Part shown: in pieces, positions 26,780 to 40,460 of the stretch
Numbering within the stretch: position 1 is the stretch's first letter
Layout of the letters: every line of letters begins with the position of its first letter
DNA from: Lama glama
Lineage: Eukaryota
Direction: 5' to 3'
Length of the DNA stretch: 64,000 nt
NCBI GenBank assembly: GCA_028534125.1
Contig: CM052816.1
Coordinates: 85,562,001 to 85,626,000, forward strand
Made by a program: the position numbers and the translations under genes
Notes under the pieces: model-generated
Databases searched by the model: none
The model's input: the letters and a program-made list of their open reading frames with translations, nothing else
What the model was told of the DNA's origin: nothing

Positions 26780-27610
26780 TCCAATGAATCAATTAAAAAA
26801 TAAATGGATTGCAAGAGAACATTGGGTGATGAATATGACAGACAATGAAGAACTGGAAAAAAAGCAGATGTCCAGTAAAATTATTAAAAACTGCTCAATC
26901 TCACTGGTAATCAAAGCAATGACATTTTACACTAAAATATTTCACTTTCATAGACATGGCAAATTTTTGAGAGTTTAACTATGTCATGGTAAGAGTATGG
27001 GAAAAGTAAATATACCTATAATTTTATTTATAATGTAAATTCAAAAAACTTTGGTGAAAAATTTTGGTAAATTATATTAAAATAAGTATATGAATGCTAC
27101 TCGACTTCTGGAAAAATGCCCTATGGAAATATTTAACACATTTGTCCAAGATATTTAATTTAAGAATATGTATCCCAGCATTAATAGTAATAGAGAAAAT
27201 CTGGAAATAACTTAAATCTTTATAAAATATTAGGTATATATTTTGGTATATTCATACAAATGAATTAAATAAATGAACAAGTTGCATGTATCAACATGGA
27301 TACATTTTACATACATGTAGGGGTGTGTGTGTGTGTGTGTGTGTAGCTTTGGTAAATGACTTGTTTAGGAGTCTTTGTTTGTTAAATATGTAAAATAATT
27401 CATGAGAAACGTATTACCTAGATACTGCAGTGTCTGATCAGTCAAGGGGCATAAAAATGGTATCAATAAAGAGTCATGGGAGATGGAAATGTATCTGAAT
27501 ACTTTATCTCTTAAAAAAAATTGAAGCAAATATTGAAAAATGTTAAGATTTCTTTTAACTAAAGTGTCTGTTACTATTATTTTCTATGTTTGGGATGTGA
27601 ATAATAAAAT
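26780..27610 (+). mobile_element. Old L1 (L1ME-like) 3' fragment, with a (TG)n tract at about 27324-27344
   Basis: 'aactgctcaatctcactggtaatcaaagcaatg', 'agaaaatctggaaataacttaaat' and 'catgtatcaacatggata'. Highly diverged. Confidence 0.75.
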
Positions 27611-27814
27611 AGACTTTTAAATGTTGGACAGTTCCTGGAGGAAATGAATGGTCAGTACTGTTCTCCTTACTGCCCAGTATCTTGTGGATTCAGCATAACT
27701 AGTCTGTGTGGGGTGAACATGTTAAGTTTTGGAGATGCCTCAGAATGTTGGGATTTCCTGTTCCTCTTAAGTTTCTGTGATCCTTGCTAAAATGGAATTA
27801 AATGGGTATCCCCA

Positions 27815-27935
27815 CTACAATTTAAGTTTCTCAGGGTGGGGATTTTTGTCTGTTTTGTTTATTTCTGTATCATCAGTAAGCACCTAAATGTTGCTAGGCT
27901 CATAATTGCTCCTCAGATATTTTCCGAATAAAGAA
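27815..27935 (+). mobile_element. L2 3' end
   Basis: 'taagtttctcagggtggggatttttgtctgttttgtttatttctgtatc...agcacct...gaataaagaa' resembles the L2a terminus. Confidence 0.75.
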
Positions 27936-29613
27936 AGCCTTTTAGAGAGATCACCTTATTTTAATCCCAAAGTCAGGGATCATTAAATATGATTCTATAC
28001 AAGTTGTTCTCATTAGTGAAGGAAACATTCATAAATAAAATAAATTCTAGACTGAAAGTGTTGCAGCAAGTTTCTTGATGACCAATTACTGTTTCAGTTT
28101 ATTTTTAGCTCCCACAGAAGTCTAGGCCATCAAAGATGAAGACAATGAATGCACTCTGAATGGTGCTAGGATGATGGTGAGGATATCTCTCCTTAGATGG
28201 TCAAAGCTCCTTCACAGTATGTGACAGTGAGCTGCTTGTTCTGGTTTGCATCTCAATGAGCAAAAGGTGGTTTTCCAAGGGCACTGTCCTGCTTTCACAG
28301 AAACTATACGTCATCATGGTAAATAAAGTAAAAATATTTAAAGCAATCCTATAACAAATTTCTGACATGTTTAACTACATGAATGAGGACAAGAAATCTT
28401 TTAATATTTCCTATGAGCAAGACATTCTAAATTATAGAAGCAATTCCATGATGGCATGTATAACACAAGTCTTGTTCACAAACAAGCATACAAGAGACCA
28501 TGCTTTGGTGTCCAGATCTTTTCAGAGATTCTCATATAAATATTGGCATTGATATGCTATTAAAAATACGTTCAGCAAGGAATCAATAGATCAAACAAAT
28601 ATGCAATCTTTCATCTAAAAGGGGACAATAAAATTAACTAAAATTATACAATTCTTGAAATATGTATTTTTTGGCCAACAAATAATTTTTTTTTTATCAC
28701 TTGACTTAGACCCTTCCAAAAAGCAGTGCAGAAAATCAAATTCTTTCTGGAAAAGGTTCTTTCTTCCCCCACAAAATTTTTGTGGTCTGCTTCAGAGTTG
28801 AATCTTATGATTAATATATTTGAAAATACCAACACTTTCAACTGAATCTTCTAGTTGGACAGTAACTTTTCAATTGAGATAATGTTCTGAACCACTACTA
28901 CATTCTCCCTAGTGCTCTGTCTCTCCTTTCCAGTTTCTCTTTGTCTCTTCAGACGTGACAATGTTGAGTCTTGTGTTTTTTTGAAACATTTCCTGTAGTT
29001 GTCCCCAAACCATGTGAGTCCCAGACAAACACTCTTTTATAAACACAAGACTACAAAACATATTGGAAGAGATCTCACCTAGAACATGGGAATCTGCACA
29101 TTTTCTGCTACTTTTGCCTTGGGTTTAGTGGACAGTCACCAAGACCCCAGCCTGAAGCACTGAGGAAGAAAGAGAAGCTTTAGCCCTTCTGTCCTTTATT
29201 CACATTAAGTGAAAGGTCATGGAGGGGGTCTGTGAAACCATCGCACTGGGTTTGGAGAACCAGGTATGAATTTAACAGTCTGGGTTTCAATATTGAATTT
29301 ATATTTACTTTCCTTTTGTAGGTCTCATTGTGTTTGTTCATTCTCCCTGAAGGATTTTCTCTTTGGATTTATAATCTTTTCCTTTGGCTTTAAATAGATC
29401 TAACCATACATATACTTGGGCTCTTTTATTTATTTATTACCATTCCTGTTTTATTTCACTCCAAAAGGCTCGTATCTCTTTCTGGGGCTAAATGCTTTAC
29501 TCATCTGGTATCAAAAAATAGCGTGACTCAAATGGTTTCCTATAAACCTCCGCATGTTCTAATCTCCGAGATAAGACCTTTAGCTGTCCAGTGCTGCTGA
29601 GCATTGTGGATCC

Positions 29614-29737
29614 GAATTTATGTCAGCTCTCTAGACTTGGGGACTTGGATTTCTAGTACCTCCAAGGGACGTGGGCTGAGGTCCCCTGGAGGTACTAGAA
29701 ATCCAAGTCCCCAAGTCTAGAGAGCTGACATAAATTC
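29614..29737. repeat. Near-perfect inverted repeat: 57-bp arms, 1 mismatch, 10-nt loop
   Basis: 29614-29670 is the reverse complement of 29681-29737 except at the 29665/29686 pair. Loop is GTGGGCTGAG. Confidence 0.99.
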
Positions 29738-31181
29738 AGCATGTCTGCACTGGACATCCTGTACTCAATCCTTCCATTCAGCCTGGGATTTTTCCCATTT
29801 ACCCAGAAGTTTTACTTGAATCATATCACATTATATATGAATTATCCCCCTACAAGATAATGCTCTGTTTTGCGCCTATCTAACATCTCCAATGTCATAC
29901 ATTTGCATGGAAAGTTCTGTTAGTTAGAAACTCGTGCAAATACAAAGAACTGTCATGGGTATACTGTCATGTAGCATTTAAAGTAACAGCTTGCTTGTTC
30001 TAATTTTTGATCACTGAATTCCTTGAACAGCTCTGTGATTATAGCAGGAAGTTAATAAGCATTTATTCATCTTCACTAATTTCTGACTCATATGTTTTGA
30101 TGACCATGTATTTTGGGGCTTATATATTATTCTGGATTGTTTGTTGGTAACTAAATGCCACTTCCATTTCTTTTCAACATAGAAAATTGTATTTCCAAAT
30201 ATCACTCTTATATGGTCTAGGTTTAGAATTTTCCTCTGTGGTCTGGGGTTAGAATTTGCCATAAGAGGCAAATTTGGAAGTGGGAGGGAGGAAGAAAGCA
30301 TTTGTCTCTGGAGACAGCTGTGTTAAAATGCAATGCGATCAGGTTCACAATTTTTAATTTTTCACTTTGCGGCCACTTTCTACTTTGGACACTTTACAGA
30401 CTCCTCTCTAAATTTCCTTGAAAAAGTCTTGGTACATTTTTGCCCAAGTTCATTTCCTCTTCCTGCTCCAGTGCTCCAGTGGTATCATCCACCTGCTGCC
30501 TTCATTCTCACATCCCCTCCACCTCCATGGACACCCTCACTTCTAACCTGTACCCTGCTTCCCCCTCATGCCTGCGGCGGCTCTGCTTTCCTGACTGAAC
30601 CCACAGTGACCATATACTCACAGTGCCTCTTATTGTGAGTGGACTTGAATCCTATTGATTCCAAGTGTTTTGACTGTTTGGCAAAGTTTAGATTTTTGTG
30701 GTAACCTAATCAACAGAGGTTTCTGTGCTTTTCCTCCTAAAAGAGCTGGATACCTAATTAAGAACAACTCTAATCAAAGAAGAAGTTTCAATGACAAATA
30801 GTATAATGCTAAATCTTAAATATGTTCTTTGTCATATGTTACTGCCCACTGGATATTAATGTCTGTAAGCAGATATTAACAAAATCATTAGCCCTTTCTT
30901 ATATTATAAACTGTGAATAACTTTTAAATATCAAACTTTATAGGATCCTGACTGAGTTAAAATTCGAATTTTCCTCTAAACTGAGAGTTTTTATTTAACA
31001 AATATTTATTGGGTTTCTTTTCAGTGCTAGTATTGCAGCAAAATACTGTGAATATAAAAATACATTATTGATTTTGATTCTATTGACTTAGTCAATTTAT
31101 TGACTGAGGTAATTTGTAAAATAATTATAATTCAAAAGGACAATTCTTATTACAGTAGAGGTTTTATTTTAGTCAATTATT

Positions 31182-31232
31182 TGTGTGTGTGTGTGTGTGT
31201 GTGTATGTGTGTGTGTATGTGTGCGTACGTGT
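31182..31232. repeat. Imperfect (TG)n microsatellite
   Basis: Direct read. Confidence 0.95.
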
Positions 31233-33859
31233 GGGTATTTAAGTGTGTGAGTCATACACCAAAAATACAATATGAGTCTAACTGACCATACCAGGCAACC
31301 CTAGTGTGTTATTTCACACTCTGGCCCTAAACTGGCTGAAATAATAGTGAGTTGTTGAGATGTACATTTTTCAGCCTTTTAATTAGCAACATGAAAATGA
31401 TTCTATTTATAGGACAATAATCCTATGTATAGACATTTGTAATAAATAGAGTTGTCAAAACAGTCAAAATTTATCAGCATATAAAGTTTTTAATAGATAT
31501 GATAATTCAATTGTTTAGTATAAATGTTCTATTTTGTATTTGGAACACTTAAAGAACTGAATAAAATGTAACCTTTTACAATTTACTGTATTGTTAGAGG
31601 CAATCGACCAATAAATTCACCTAATGTTAGTTTGGACTTTTGTTTGAAGTTCATTGTTCTTTTGATCAAATTTGGTTTGGAAGGGGAAGAAACTAATACA
31701 AATGACATTAATTGGCTAACTACTAATTATTGTGAAAAATGGAAATTACATTATCTTCTCTTAACTTTGGAAGATTTGTGATATCAAATTACCCTCAAGA
31801 GCACATCTAAATGTGAGATTCCTAGAGAATGCACTTTTCCAACTGCTCAAAGTTTTCCAACAATCTTGATGTGCTAATTATCTAATTAACTGGGATAGAC
31901 AGGCCAATTAGAATTCTGAAGTTCACTGTGGAAGTATAATTATTTTTGTAATCATTAACTTGGCTTAATCACCTTTAACACTAGTTTTGTAGGTCCTAAC
32001 TAATTAGTTTTACTAGCTAATTACTGAATACAGAGAAATTTGATTTTCCTTACAATCTGATAATATCCTATTATTATCTGCATAGGAACGTGAAGAATTG
32101 TGTACATGACACTAGGTAAAGTTCACTAAAGGTCAACTTTTCTTGAACCAGAAATTCTATAATATAATTGATTTATAGGGACACATATAGATGCACAGAA
32201 ACTAGTCCATCATTAGCTCCTAATAGAATCTTTGATTTTGTCTGTTTGTAAACTCCCCTTCCATATAAATTAAGGAATGTTGAAAAGGTTAACTTCAGTT
32301 GTGGCTTTAACTAAAATGAAATTTAAGTTAAACTCTTAAGAAAAAAATGAGAAATGAGAAAAAATGTAATACCTTATTTGGAAGTCAATACAATTTTTCC
32401 AATCCTATGTTTGTTTTTATTTATTGCAAGGTTTTTTCATTTCAGTAACTTACTTCTTTTTCCTAAAGTTGTTATTCTTTATTTTTCCATTTTAAAGCCA
32501 ATATGAAGTATCTTTTAACTTTTAACACCAGTTATAATCATTCCTTTTGCAATATGATATTCACTTGAAAAGTCAGATCCTGAAAGTCATCTGTGTTGGC
32601 AAACTATACTCATTTTAAATTCTGGAACCAAGTTCAATAGATATTTGTTCCCTTTGGATTATTATTTGGATGTTATAGACTGATTTTGTCCCTAAAGATG
32701 AAATAAAATATTTACATATTTATGAAAAATAAGTAGTCAAATATATCTGAAATTATGCATATGAATATCCAGTGGCATAGACACTATAATTTAAATTTAT
32801 AATATTAAAAATGTTGCCATCTGTCTCACTAACAGCAAAACAGCCTAAAATACCTCTAATATGACTCATTTATATTAAATTTTAAGGTCTGTATGTTAAA
32901 TATAAAATAATTTATATAACTTGACCAAACCATGCGAAAATTGAAAAACCTATATCACCTGTCCCTTTGATATATTTGTTTTAACCAGAAAAAAAAATCC
33001 ATGTTTATGGAGGAGAGTTTAAGAAATACTGTATATATTTACTAATGTCAAACTATAAGAATTCAGAATAATTCAAAATCAACAACTTGTAGTGTAGAAT
33101 AGAAATAAGGACTAGAAATATTTAAAGTACCATTGCCTGTAAACACACTTCTCCCATGGATTTTTTTTTCCCCTAGGAAGAGACTGACACTCAGAAAAAC
33201 ATAAATAAATAAACAAACACTTTTCTCAGGATCAAATGGCACTAAGTTCTGGAAATTTGTTTTAGTTCTCGTTGAATCTTGTTACACTTCTTGTGTGCTA
33301 TGTTGGTTCTCACTCCCAGAAACCCAGAGGACAGAAGGAAAAACATTGTGTAAGGAGAATCATCTTATTAGCAAAACTAAATGCAGGAAAAATTATCTAA
33401 ATAAGTAATAGAGAAGGTGCTCAAGCTATATTCATTAATTCAAGTGCTAGACACACCAAACTGATGGCAATTCATATAAATTATATGAAATTTACATATT
33501 TTGAGCAATCTTTCTAGTCTACATAGCACAATTTATCTTAATTCAGGCTGAAATAATTTGAAGGTGGGAAAACATATTGGAAATATCTTCCTACTTGGAC
33601 TTAGTTATTATATAGTTGCCTTCTCTATTAACTAATGTGAGATACAAAAAAAAATCACAAGTTACTGTATGAACAAATAGGTAATAAGTAAAATAGGTAA
33701 TATATGTCTATGGCATAGAATTTTGAAAAGACTGAAAGGTACATGCTGCCTAGTAAGATTATGAGGAGTTCAGCTACTCAGTCTTCCTGTTCCTTTCTCC
33801 AATGTCAACCTATCATCTTTAGCACTTAATTATTGTTCTTCCAGGAATATCTAAGCACA

Positions 33860-34660
33860 TTTTATTTATTTAAAAACATACTAGCTTATAATGCTCTTTT
33901 TTACTTACTGCTTTTTCACTTAAAAGTATTTTTCCATGTAAGTAAATTTCAGTAACTACAGAATACCAGTGGAATTTTTATAATTATTTAACATGTCCCT
34001 TGCTGATGCATACTTGATATTTTTCATGCTAGACATATGTTAATTTTCTGCTTTAAAGAATATCTCATTAAATAGTATTATACCTAGATCATGTCACACA
34101 TGTCCAAGTATATCTGTAGCAAAATTTCTATATATGAATGGTTACATCAAGGAGTGTGGTAGATTAAGATTAGTTGCTTTAATGGCTTTAATACTTCACC
34201 TTCTCCTGCATCCATGCCCTTTGACATGTGACTTTCAAACTTACCTTGATAAAGAAATGGAGTTTATTCCCCTACCCCTTGATTCTGAGTTCAGACATGT
34301 AACTGGTTTGTGGACAAGTATACTGTTGGAGAGCAGGGTATAAACTGAGGCTTGAAACACACTTTCAACATGCCCATGCTAGTTGTTGGAGTGATGTGAG
34401 AGACACCTGAAAGACAAGTAACCCCAGCCAACATATACCTGATCCCAGAGCACAGCGGAGGCCAGACAACCCAGAAGAACTAACCTGTCTAAATCACTGA
34501 TTGATGGTTTTGTGAGTTCAAGACTGATTGTGTTTAAGCTGTTGGATGTGGGGTTTGTTATACAGCATTATTATGGCAATAGATAGCTGACATGAATGCA
34601 TATGTGTTTTTAATTTTAATGGATATTGTGTTATTAATTTAGAATGATACCAGATTTTAC
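33860..34660 (-). mobile_element. Old L1ME-like 3' fragment split by a MaLR LTR
   Basis: 'ttacttactgctttttcacttaa', 'tgtcccttgctgatgcatacttg' and 'agtatatctgtagcaaaatttcta' before the LTR. Resumes after it with 'atgtgtttttaattttaatggatattg'. Confidence 0.62.
34155..34592 (+). mobile_element. MaLR LTR (MLT1F/G/H-like)
   Basis: Starts 'tgtggtagatt'. Contains 'catccatgccctttgacatgtgacttt' and 'atggagtttattcccctaccccttgattctg'. Ends 'gtttgttatacagcattattatggcaatagatagctgaca'. Confidence 0.87.
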
Positions 34661-37190
34661 TGTACTAGTTTTCTATAAGAGAGCAAAGCCATTAATTTGT
34701 TGTTCTTTCCCAGATAGGTGATATGTAGCAATCCCTTTATAGTTTGTATAGTTTGGGGGGTAGTTTGCATTCCCCATAATATAAAGAGAGATCTTTGTGC
34801 AAAATTAGAAATTAAAACATTGGCAACCAACTGGAGAACCCTGTGAATACATCCTGATTACATAAATCTCCTTCTTTACTTGACCATCCTAAATTCAGTG
34901 TTTATTATTACATATAAGTTTAAATTATTCTGATAAAAGTACCAGATGTATTTTGGTGGTATTTTCTAGATATATCCATTCTCATTTCCTCTGATTTAAA
35001 ATTCCTGTACTCATTTTAAGACTGTTCCTTTATAATATATATGAAAATGTTTCCATGAAATCAATCTCTAATTTAGGGTTACAATTTCAGGCCAATAATC
35101 AGTATTTTGGATACAGAAATACCTTGTTGTACTTTAGCATCCTTCATGTGCTTTCTAATTATCTATGTCTAGTTTTTTTATTTTTTGTCATTTTTATTTA
35201 TTAAAGTTTATTGTCACTTTTTCTCTACTGTCCTGAAGTCTTAACTTTTATTCTTTTAATATTTACACTATGCATTTTGAAGAATTAAGTGCAATCTATC
35301 AATTTTACTGAAGAAAAAAACAGAAAACTCTTTTAATTTGGATCCATCTTCTTCTGCCTTACATTTTAGTATCAGCTGGTATTTTCCTGGGGATACGTCT
35401 ATTGAGCTTGGAAAACCATGCATAAGAGAGGATTTTTTTTAATATATATGTATATTTATTTATATATAATGTGAACTTTAAAGATTTCTAATGTCTTCTC
35501 CCCTTAAGCTTAAATATTGCTAATACTCAAGCTCTTAACGTGAACAGTGGGTAAAGGGATGCTTTATTTTATTCTGTTTTCCTATGTGAGGTGGAGCACG
35601 AGGGAACTAGGAGCAATGTGACCTTTGGGTGAACACAGACATGAGTCCCTTGTGAACACAATCTTACCTCCTAACCTCTTTGAGATGCTTCACTGGTTTT
35701 GGTAAGGAAAATTTTAGCATTAGACGAATTATGGAATATAAATATTTAATACAACACTTGTCACATCATTGGTTCCCCTTCCATTCCTTTCCTTTTTTTC
35801 TTTTTACTTCTATAACACAAAAAGTGGTTAAACCTCAGTGCCCTTCTTTTAATTTCACTTATTTCCTTCTCAGGCTCCTGACACAAGTTAGGTACTTTAT
35901 ATGCTCAGACTTAAATATAAGCTTTGTTATGTATTATATATGCATATTGTATTATATATGATATGTATACCATATATCATATGTTGTATGCAAATTTAAT
36001 TTATGTTTTATCCCTGAGTAATATCTGCATGCATACTTGCCTCTAGGCCAGGTGGAAAACTAATTCAAGATGGTGACTCTGTGTTTGTGAATATTCCAGT
36101 TTGCCTAAGAAAATGATGAGCTCCTTTTTTTGAGGCCAATGATGGCTGTAGTTATGGGAGATGAGACCTGAAAAATGTGTTTAAGAAAGAACCTGATACT
36201 GCCTGGAGGGAGAATGGAACAGTCAAGAGTAGTTGGATAGGACACAGCAGTGGGGCTCTTCTCTGCTCCAGTGGGTTTGTCTTCGACAGACAGTTAATAT
36301 TTCTAAGCGTGTGTCTGCCTCTTTAGCCCTCCTCATGATTCTTGTGCTGAAACTCAACTTCTGTGTGAATTTGGGGGACTGTTACTTGATTTCTCATCTG
36401 AATATCTGAACGTGATTTTGCATCTTAACAGGAGTCAGTATTGGAAGATGACAAGTGGCAAAGATATGTGTGTAGACATGTAATTTATTTAAATTACTTT
36501 CTGTAAGTAGTGGTCTTATGAACTTTAAAAACAAAGTTTCCTGAAAGGCAAGAGTAGCTGGGTCACAGTAGGAGAAATGGTGTTTCACTAAGTGGGTCAG
36601 TAAGATTTTTAACATTGCTTTTGATATGAGATAAAATTTCATGTATATAGAAAATTGTATTGTAACTTATGGTTAATAAAGAATGAAGTAATTTGAAACA
36701 TCTTTAATAAAAGTAAATGAAATGATCAATTGAGGTCCTCTAATGTAATGAACCTAGTTCAAATTAAGTTTTTTCTAGTAGTTTCAATCATGTTATAGCT
36801 TTTCCTCCCATCTTTTCTCTACATTTGCAAATTTTTACATTTGGGTTAAATTAAAACATTCATCTAAACTTTTATGTCCTTTTACTGTTAATTAATATTG
36901 CTGTGTGCTCTCTGGACTATTTTCTGGCTCAAAAGATTCTCATAATGTTTTATTGATCTTATGTACTCTGTAGCTTTTCCTAATGTTTTCTACTTCATAA
37001 ATAGCTAAACAAGTTTATAGCACATATTATGAGTCATATATGCTTTAAAAATGCAAGGAAATCTTTGGAAACTGCAATGTGAAAAAATAGAAATGATCTA
37101 GCCATATAAAAGGGCATTTTTACTCTAGTTTTACTCTAGTTTTTGTTGTTTTTTTCCTCAAAGCCTGGTCCCTAGCTACTTCAGATTACC

Positions 37191-37290
37191 NNNNNNNNNN
37201 NNNNNNNNNNNNNNNNNNNNNNNNNNNNNNNNNNNNNNNNNNNNNNNNNNNNNNNNNNNNNNNNNNNNNNNNNNNNNNNNNNNNNNNNNN
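37191..37290. other. Assembly gap (100 N, probably an unknown-size placeholder)
   Basis: Run of N. Confidence 1.
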
Positions 37291-37587
37291 TGAGACCAGA
37301 GTGATTTAAATAATTAGACAAAGGGTGATGAAAATGGTTACTGGTTGAGTTACAGTTAAAGAATGGCCATGGTGATAATCCCAACAGGAATCTGTATATA
37401 TGTGTAAGCTTTAATCACTATACTATATATCCCCTCAGCCCTTTGTGTTGCATTGTATCAGGAGAGGTTTGTATAATGAGGCAGAGATGTTGCTCTTATA
37501 GATCTTAGAATAGAGAAAAGCATATTATAGATGATCAAATAGGTAGAGTCAAATGGATAATAGAATATATATCAAAAAGGAAATTGG

Positions 37588-37851
37588 CAGTGGGAAGGTA
37601 GTGGGAAGGGAGTGATTGGGAGTTCAAGATTTACAGAGACTAATATATATATATATATATAAAATAGACAAAAACAATTTCATACTGCATAGCACAGGAA
37701 CTATATTGAATATCTTCTAGTGGCTTATGGTGAAAAAATATGAAAACAAATATATGTATGTTCATGTATGACTGAAGCATTATGCTGTACATCAGAAGTT
37801 GACACATTGTAAACTGATTATCCTTCAATAAAAAATACATATATACACAAA
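37588..37851 (+). mobile_element. Young-looking 5'-truncated L1 3' end (camelid/cetartiodactyl type)
   Basis: 'atactgcatagcacaggaactatattgaatatctt...atgtatgactgaagcattatgctgtacatcagaagttgacacattgtaaactgattatccttcaataaaaa'. TSD aaaaaggaaattgg (37574-37587) / aaaatggaaattgg (37852-37865), 13/14 identical. Confidence 0.92.
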
Positions 37852-37919
37852 AAAATGGAAATTGGGCAAAGGACTGTTAAGTTGTAAAGAAACAGAAATC
37901 CTACAGAGGAAAGTACTAG

Positions 37920-38260
37920 ATATTGTTGAAATCCATACTGCCATTTCCCAAATATTTTCAGCTTTCCTCCTGGGAAAGTGATAGGTACAAAAATGACTTA
38001 TTTGCCTACTGAAATGTAACTGGAAGATATATGTGATTTAATGGTGGGAAACTTTAAAAGCCAGTAAGATATTAGAGATGTGCTTTTCCTTACTTCTCCA
38101 GTGATGTGGAAGTGCACATTAAGATTAGTAACTGTGATGAGAGACTCCCTAACTCCACGCAAAACAATATTAATCACACTGAACATGTGAAGATCAAGGG
38201 AATATTTTAAACTTGTCTGATTAAATTTCAAAGACTAAGAGAAATATATAGTTATCTGAC
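37920..38260 (+). mobile_element. Diverged MaLR LTR (MLT1J-like)
   Basis: 'atgacttatttgcctactgaaatgtaactggaag...ggaaactttaaaagccagt' resembles the MLT1J core. Confidence 0.55.
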
Positions 38261-39039
38261 AGTGGTAAAAGTAGAAAATATTATAGTTTAGGGAAGGAAG
38301 AAATAGTCACAAACAAATAACAATTTCTCATACTATATTTTGATACTCCAAAGTAATTAAATACTATTAAACAGTAAATTAAAGTTAATTTTATATTTTA
38401 TTTACTAATCTACTAATGAATATTAATTTTTCATTTAAATGTCCATGTGAACACACTTGCATAAATCAGTGCTATAGAATTAGTTTTGACTTATATGTAC
38501 TTATCACTATTTTTTTTAACTACTTAAAGTATCTGAGTACCCAGTTCTGATATAAAAAGTATATATTTATTAATTCATAGTAAAGATTAGATTGCAAATT
38601 GATAGTCATAAAAACATGAATTTTTATGTTATAAATAGTCATTTATGGATACAAGTAAAGAGGGAAAGATGCATAAGTTCAAAAGCATATGTTACCATAC
38701 TATTCCAATGTAATAATGAATGCATTTTATTTCTCATTTTTAATGTTAATTGAATAATGTCTCCATTAGAGTAACAGAAAATACAAATTGTCAAGAAAAT
38801 ATGACTTATTCTATCTTTTAGATTATTTTCTCTGTAAATACGGGGATAAGAATTTTTTAAATCATAAAAGGCCATTATATGCACAATTCTACCATTAATA
38901 ATTGATGTTTCATAGAATAAAAATATTTTATTTTCATAAATTATTCCATTTTACAGTAATTGTGAAATAAAACTATAAGACATGATTCATGAAACAGTTT
39001 CAAAAAAGAGAATTAGAAACAAATATAGAGGGACAAGCT

Positions 39040-39560
39040 TGATGAAATAACAGAGAAAGCTACCCTTGGTCTGAAGAAGTATTTGAGTCTAAAATTATAA
39101 ACATTTACTGAGATATAAGAAATTTTGGGGAAAAACAAACATAGCTATTCACCTACACATATCCTAGTAAAATTTCTGAATTCTAAGAATTAAAAGAAAA
39201 ATAAAGAAAATCTTTTAAGCTTCCTGACAGACTAGTCACTTAGAAAGTAAAATATTCAAATGTATTAAACTTCTCATCTCTAACACCAGAAGCTAGAATA
39301 TATATATGAAAAGAATTGTCTACCTAGGAATCATACATCAAATTAAGATACTATTTCTTTCTAAAATATATGCTTCACAGTGTGGAAAATGTTTTTTGTA
39401 GATATGCAATAATTCAATGTCTATATTGAGATGCAACTCACAGAAAATAATTGACAGAGTACTGTAATACAAAATAAAATTAATGAGGGAAAAGAAAGAC
39501 ATCAATATAAAAGACAATGAGGAAGAAGTTGAGTGGTGACCTTATAACAATGTTATGAAA
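39040..39560 (+). mobile_element. HAL1 or ancient L1 ORF1-like fragment
   Basis: 'cacctacacatatcctagtaaaatttctgaattctaag...gaaaatcttttaagcttcc...acttctcatctctaacaccagaagctagaa' (TPxHILVKF-like). Confidence 0.6.
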
Positions 39561-40366
39561 GGTTTATATTGTTAATATGCCCCAATGATTTAATAAATTC
39601 AACACTGGCTGAGTATCAAAAATTTATATAATTTTAATGTTTGCAAACATATTGAAATGTTAAAACACTGCTTACAAAAAATAAGAAGTGTTCCTTCATG
39701 AAATAAGAGGTCTATGTGTTAGAATTCTTTCCACAACTTTGACTAGGGTTTAAAATTTGTCTCATGCATTTGAATTTAATTTTACCCTGTCTCTTTGGTC
39801 ATGGGGATTACGTACTCAATGAAGATTTGCTAATATGGGGAAAGAACCGCAAACTAGTCATCCTGAAGAGGTTCCTAAATATGTGTGAGTTTTCTTTCAT
39901 TCTCTCTCATTTCTTTCTTTTTTTTTTTTTGAGAAGGAATAAAAATAGATTTTTCAATAAAGAAAAATTTTCAGAAAAAAATTAAAGATGTAATATAAGT
40001 TAAAGTCAATATTATCTTTCATACCTAAACTAAGTTCCCTTGCTTTTCTATTATATTTTCTTTTTAAAATCATATCTATTGAGCAGTTGGTCACAAGCCT
40101 TTTTCTTTAACTTCTTCATACCTTTCACCTTGGGTATATTATAAAATATAATGCTTGTGCAGGTAGAACTTTCTTCTTCCTTCTTTAGAGTTTGTTAACA
40201 CTGGCTCTTAAGATTTGGTTTATACTCTCTCCCAGGCACTGTGAACTACATAAAACATTTTTCTTACTTCTCATAGGATATGTTAAAACTACCTATGTCC
40301 TTTCATTTTTCCCAGCTTCAGTTTTTTTCTTTAATTTTATTTTTTAAATGTTCTCCTTTCCTTCAG

Positions 40367-40460
40367 GGTTAGAAGGAGGAGGAGAGGGAGGAAAAGGAGG
40401 AGGAGAAGAAGAGAAAGAGAAAGAAGAAGGAGAAGAAAAGGAAGGAAGTAAGGAAGAATG
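40367..40460. repeat. GA-rich low-complexity polypurine tract preceded by a pyrimidine-rich tract
   Basis: Direct read: ggaggaggagagggaggaaaaggaggaggagaagaagag... Confidence 0.92.

Noticed and set aside
28109..28318. 210-nt AG...GT exon-like interval
   Set aside because: Stop codons in all three frames and mediocre splice sites.
33470..33492. Short AT-rich palindrome ttcatataa-a-ttatatgaa
   Set aside because: 9-bp AT-rich arms are expected by chance at this base composition.
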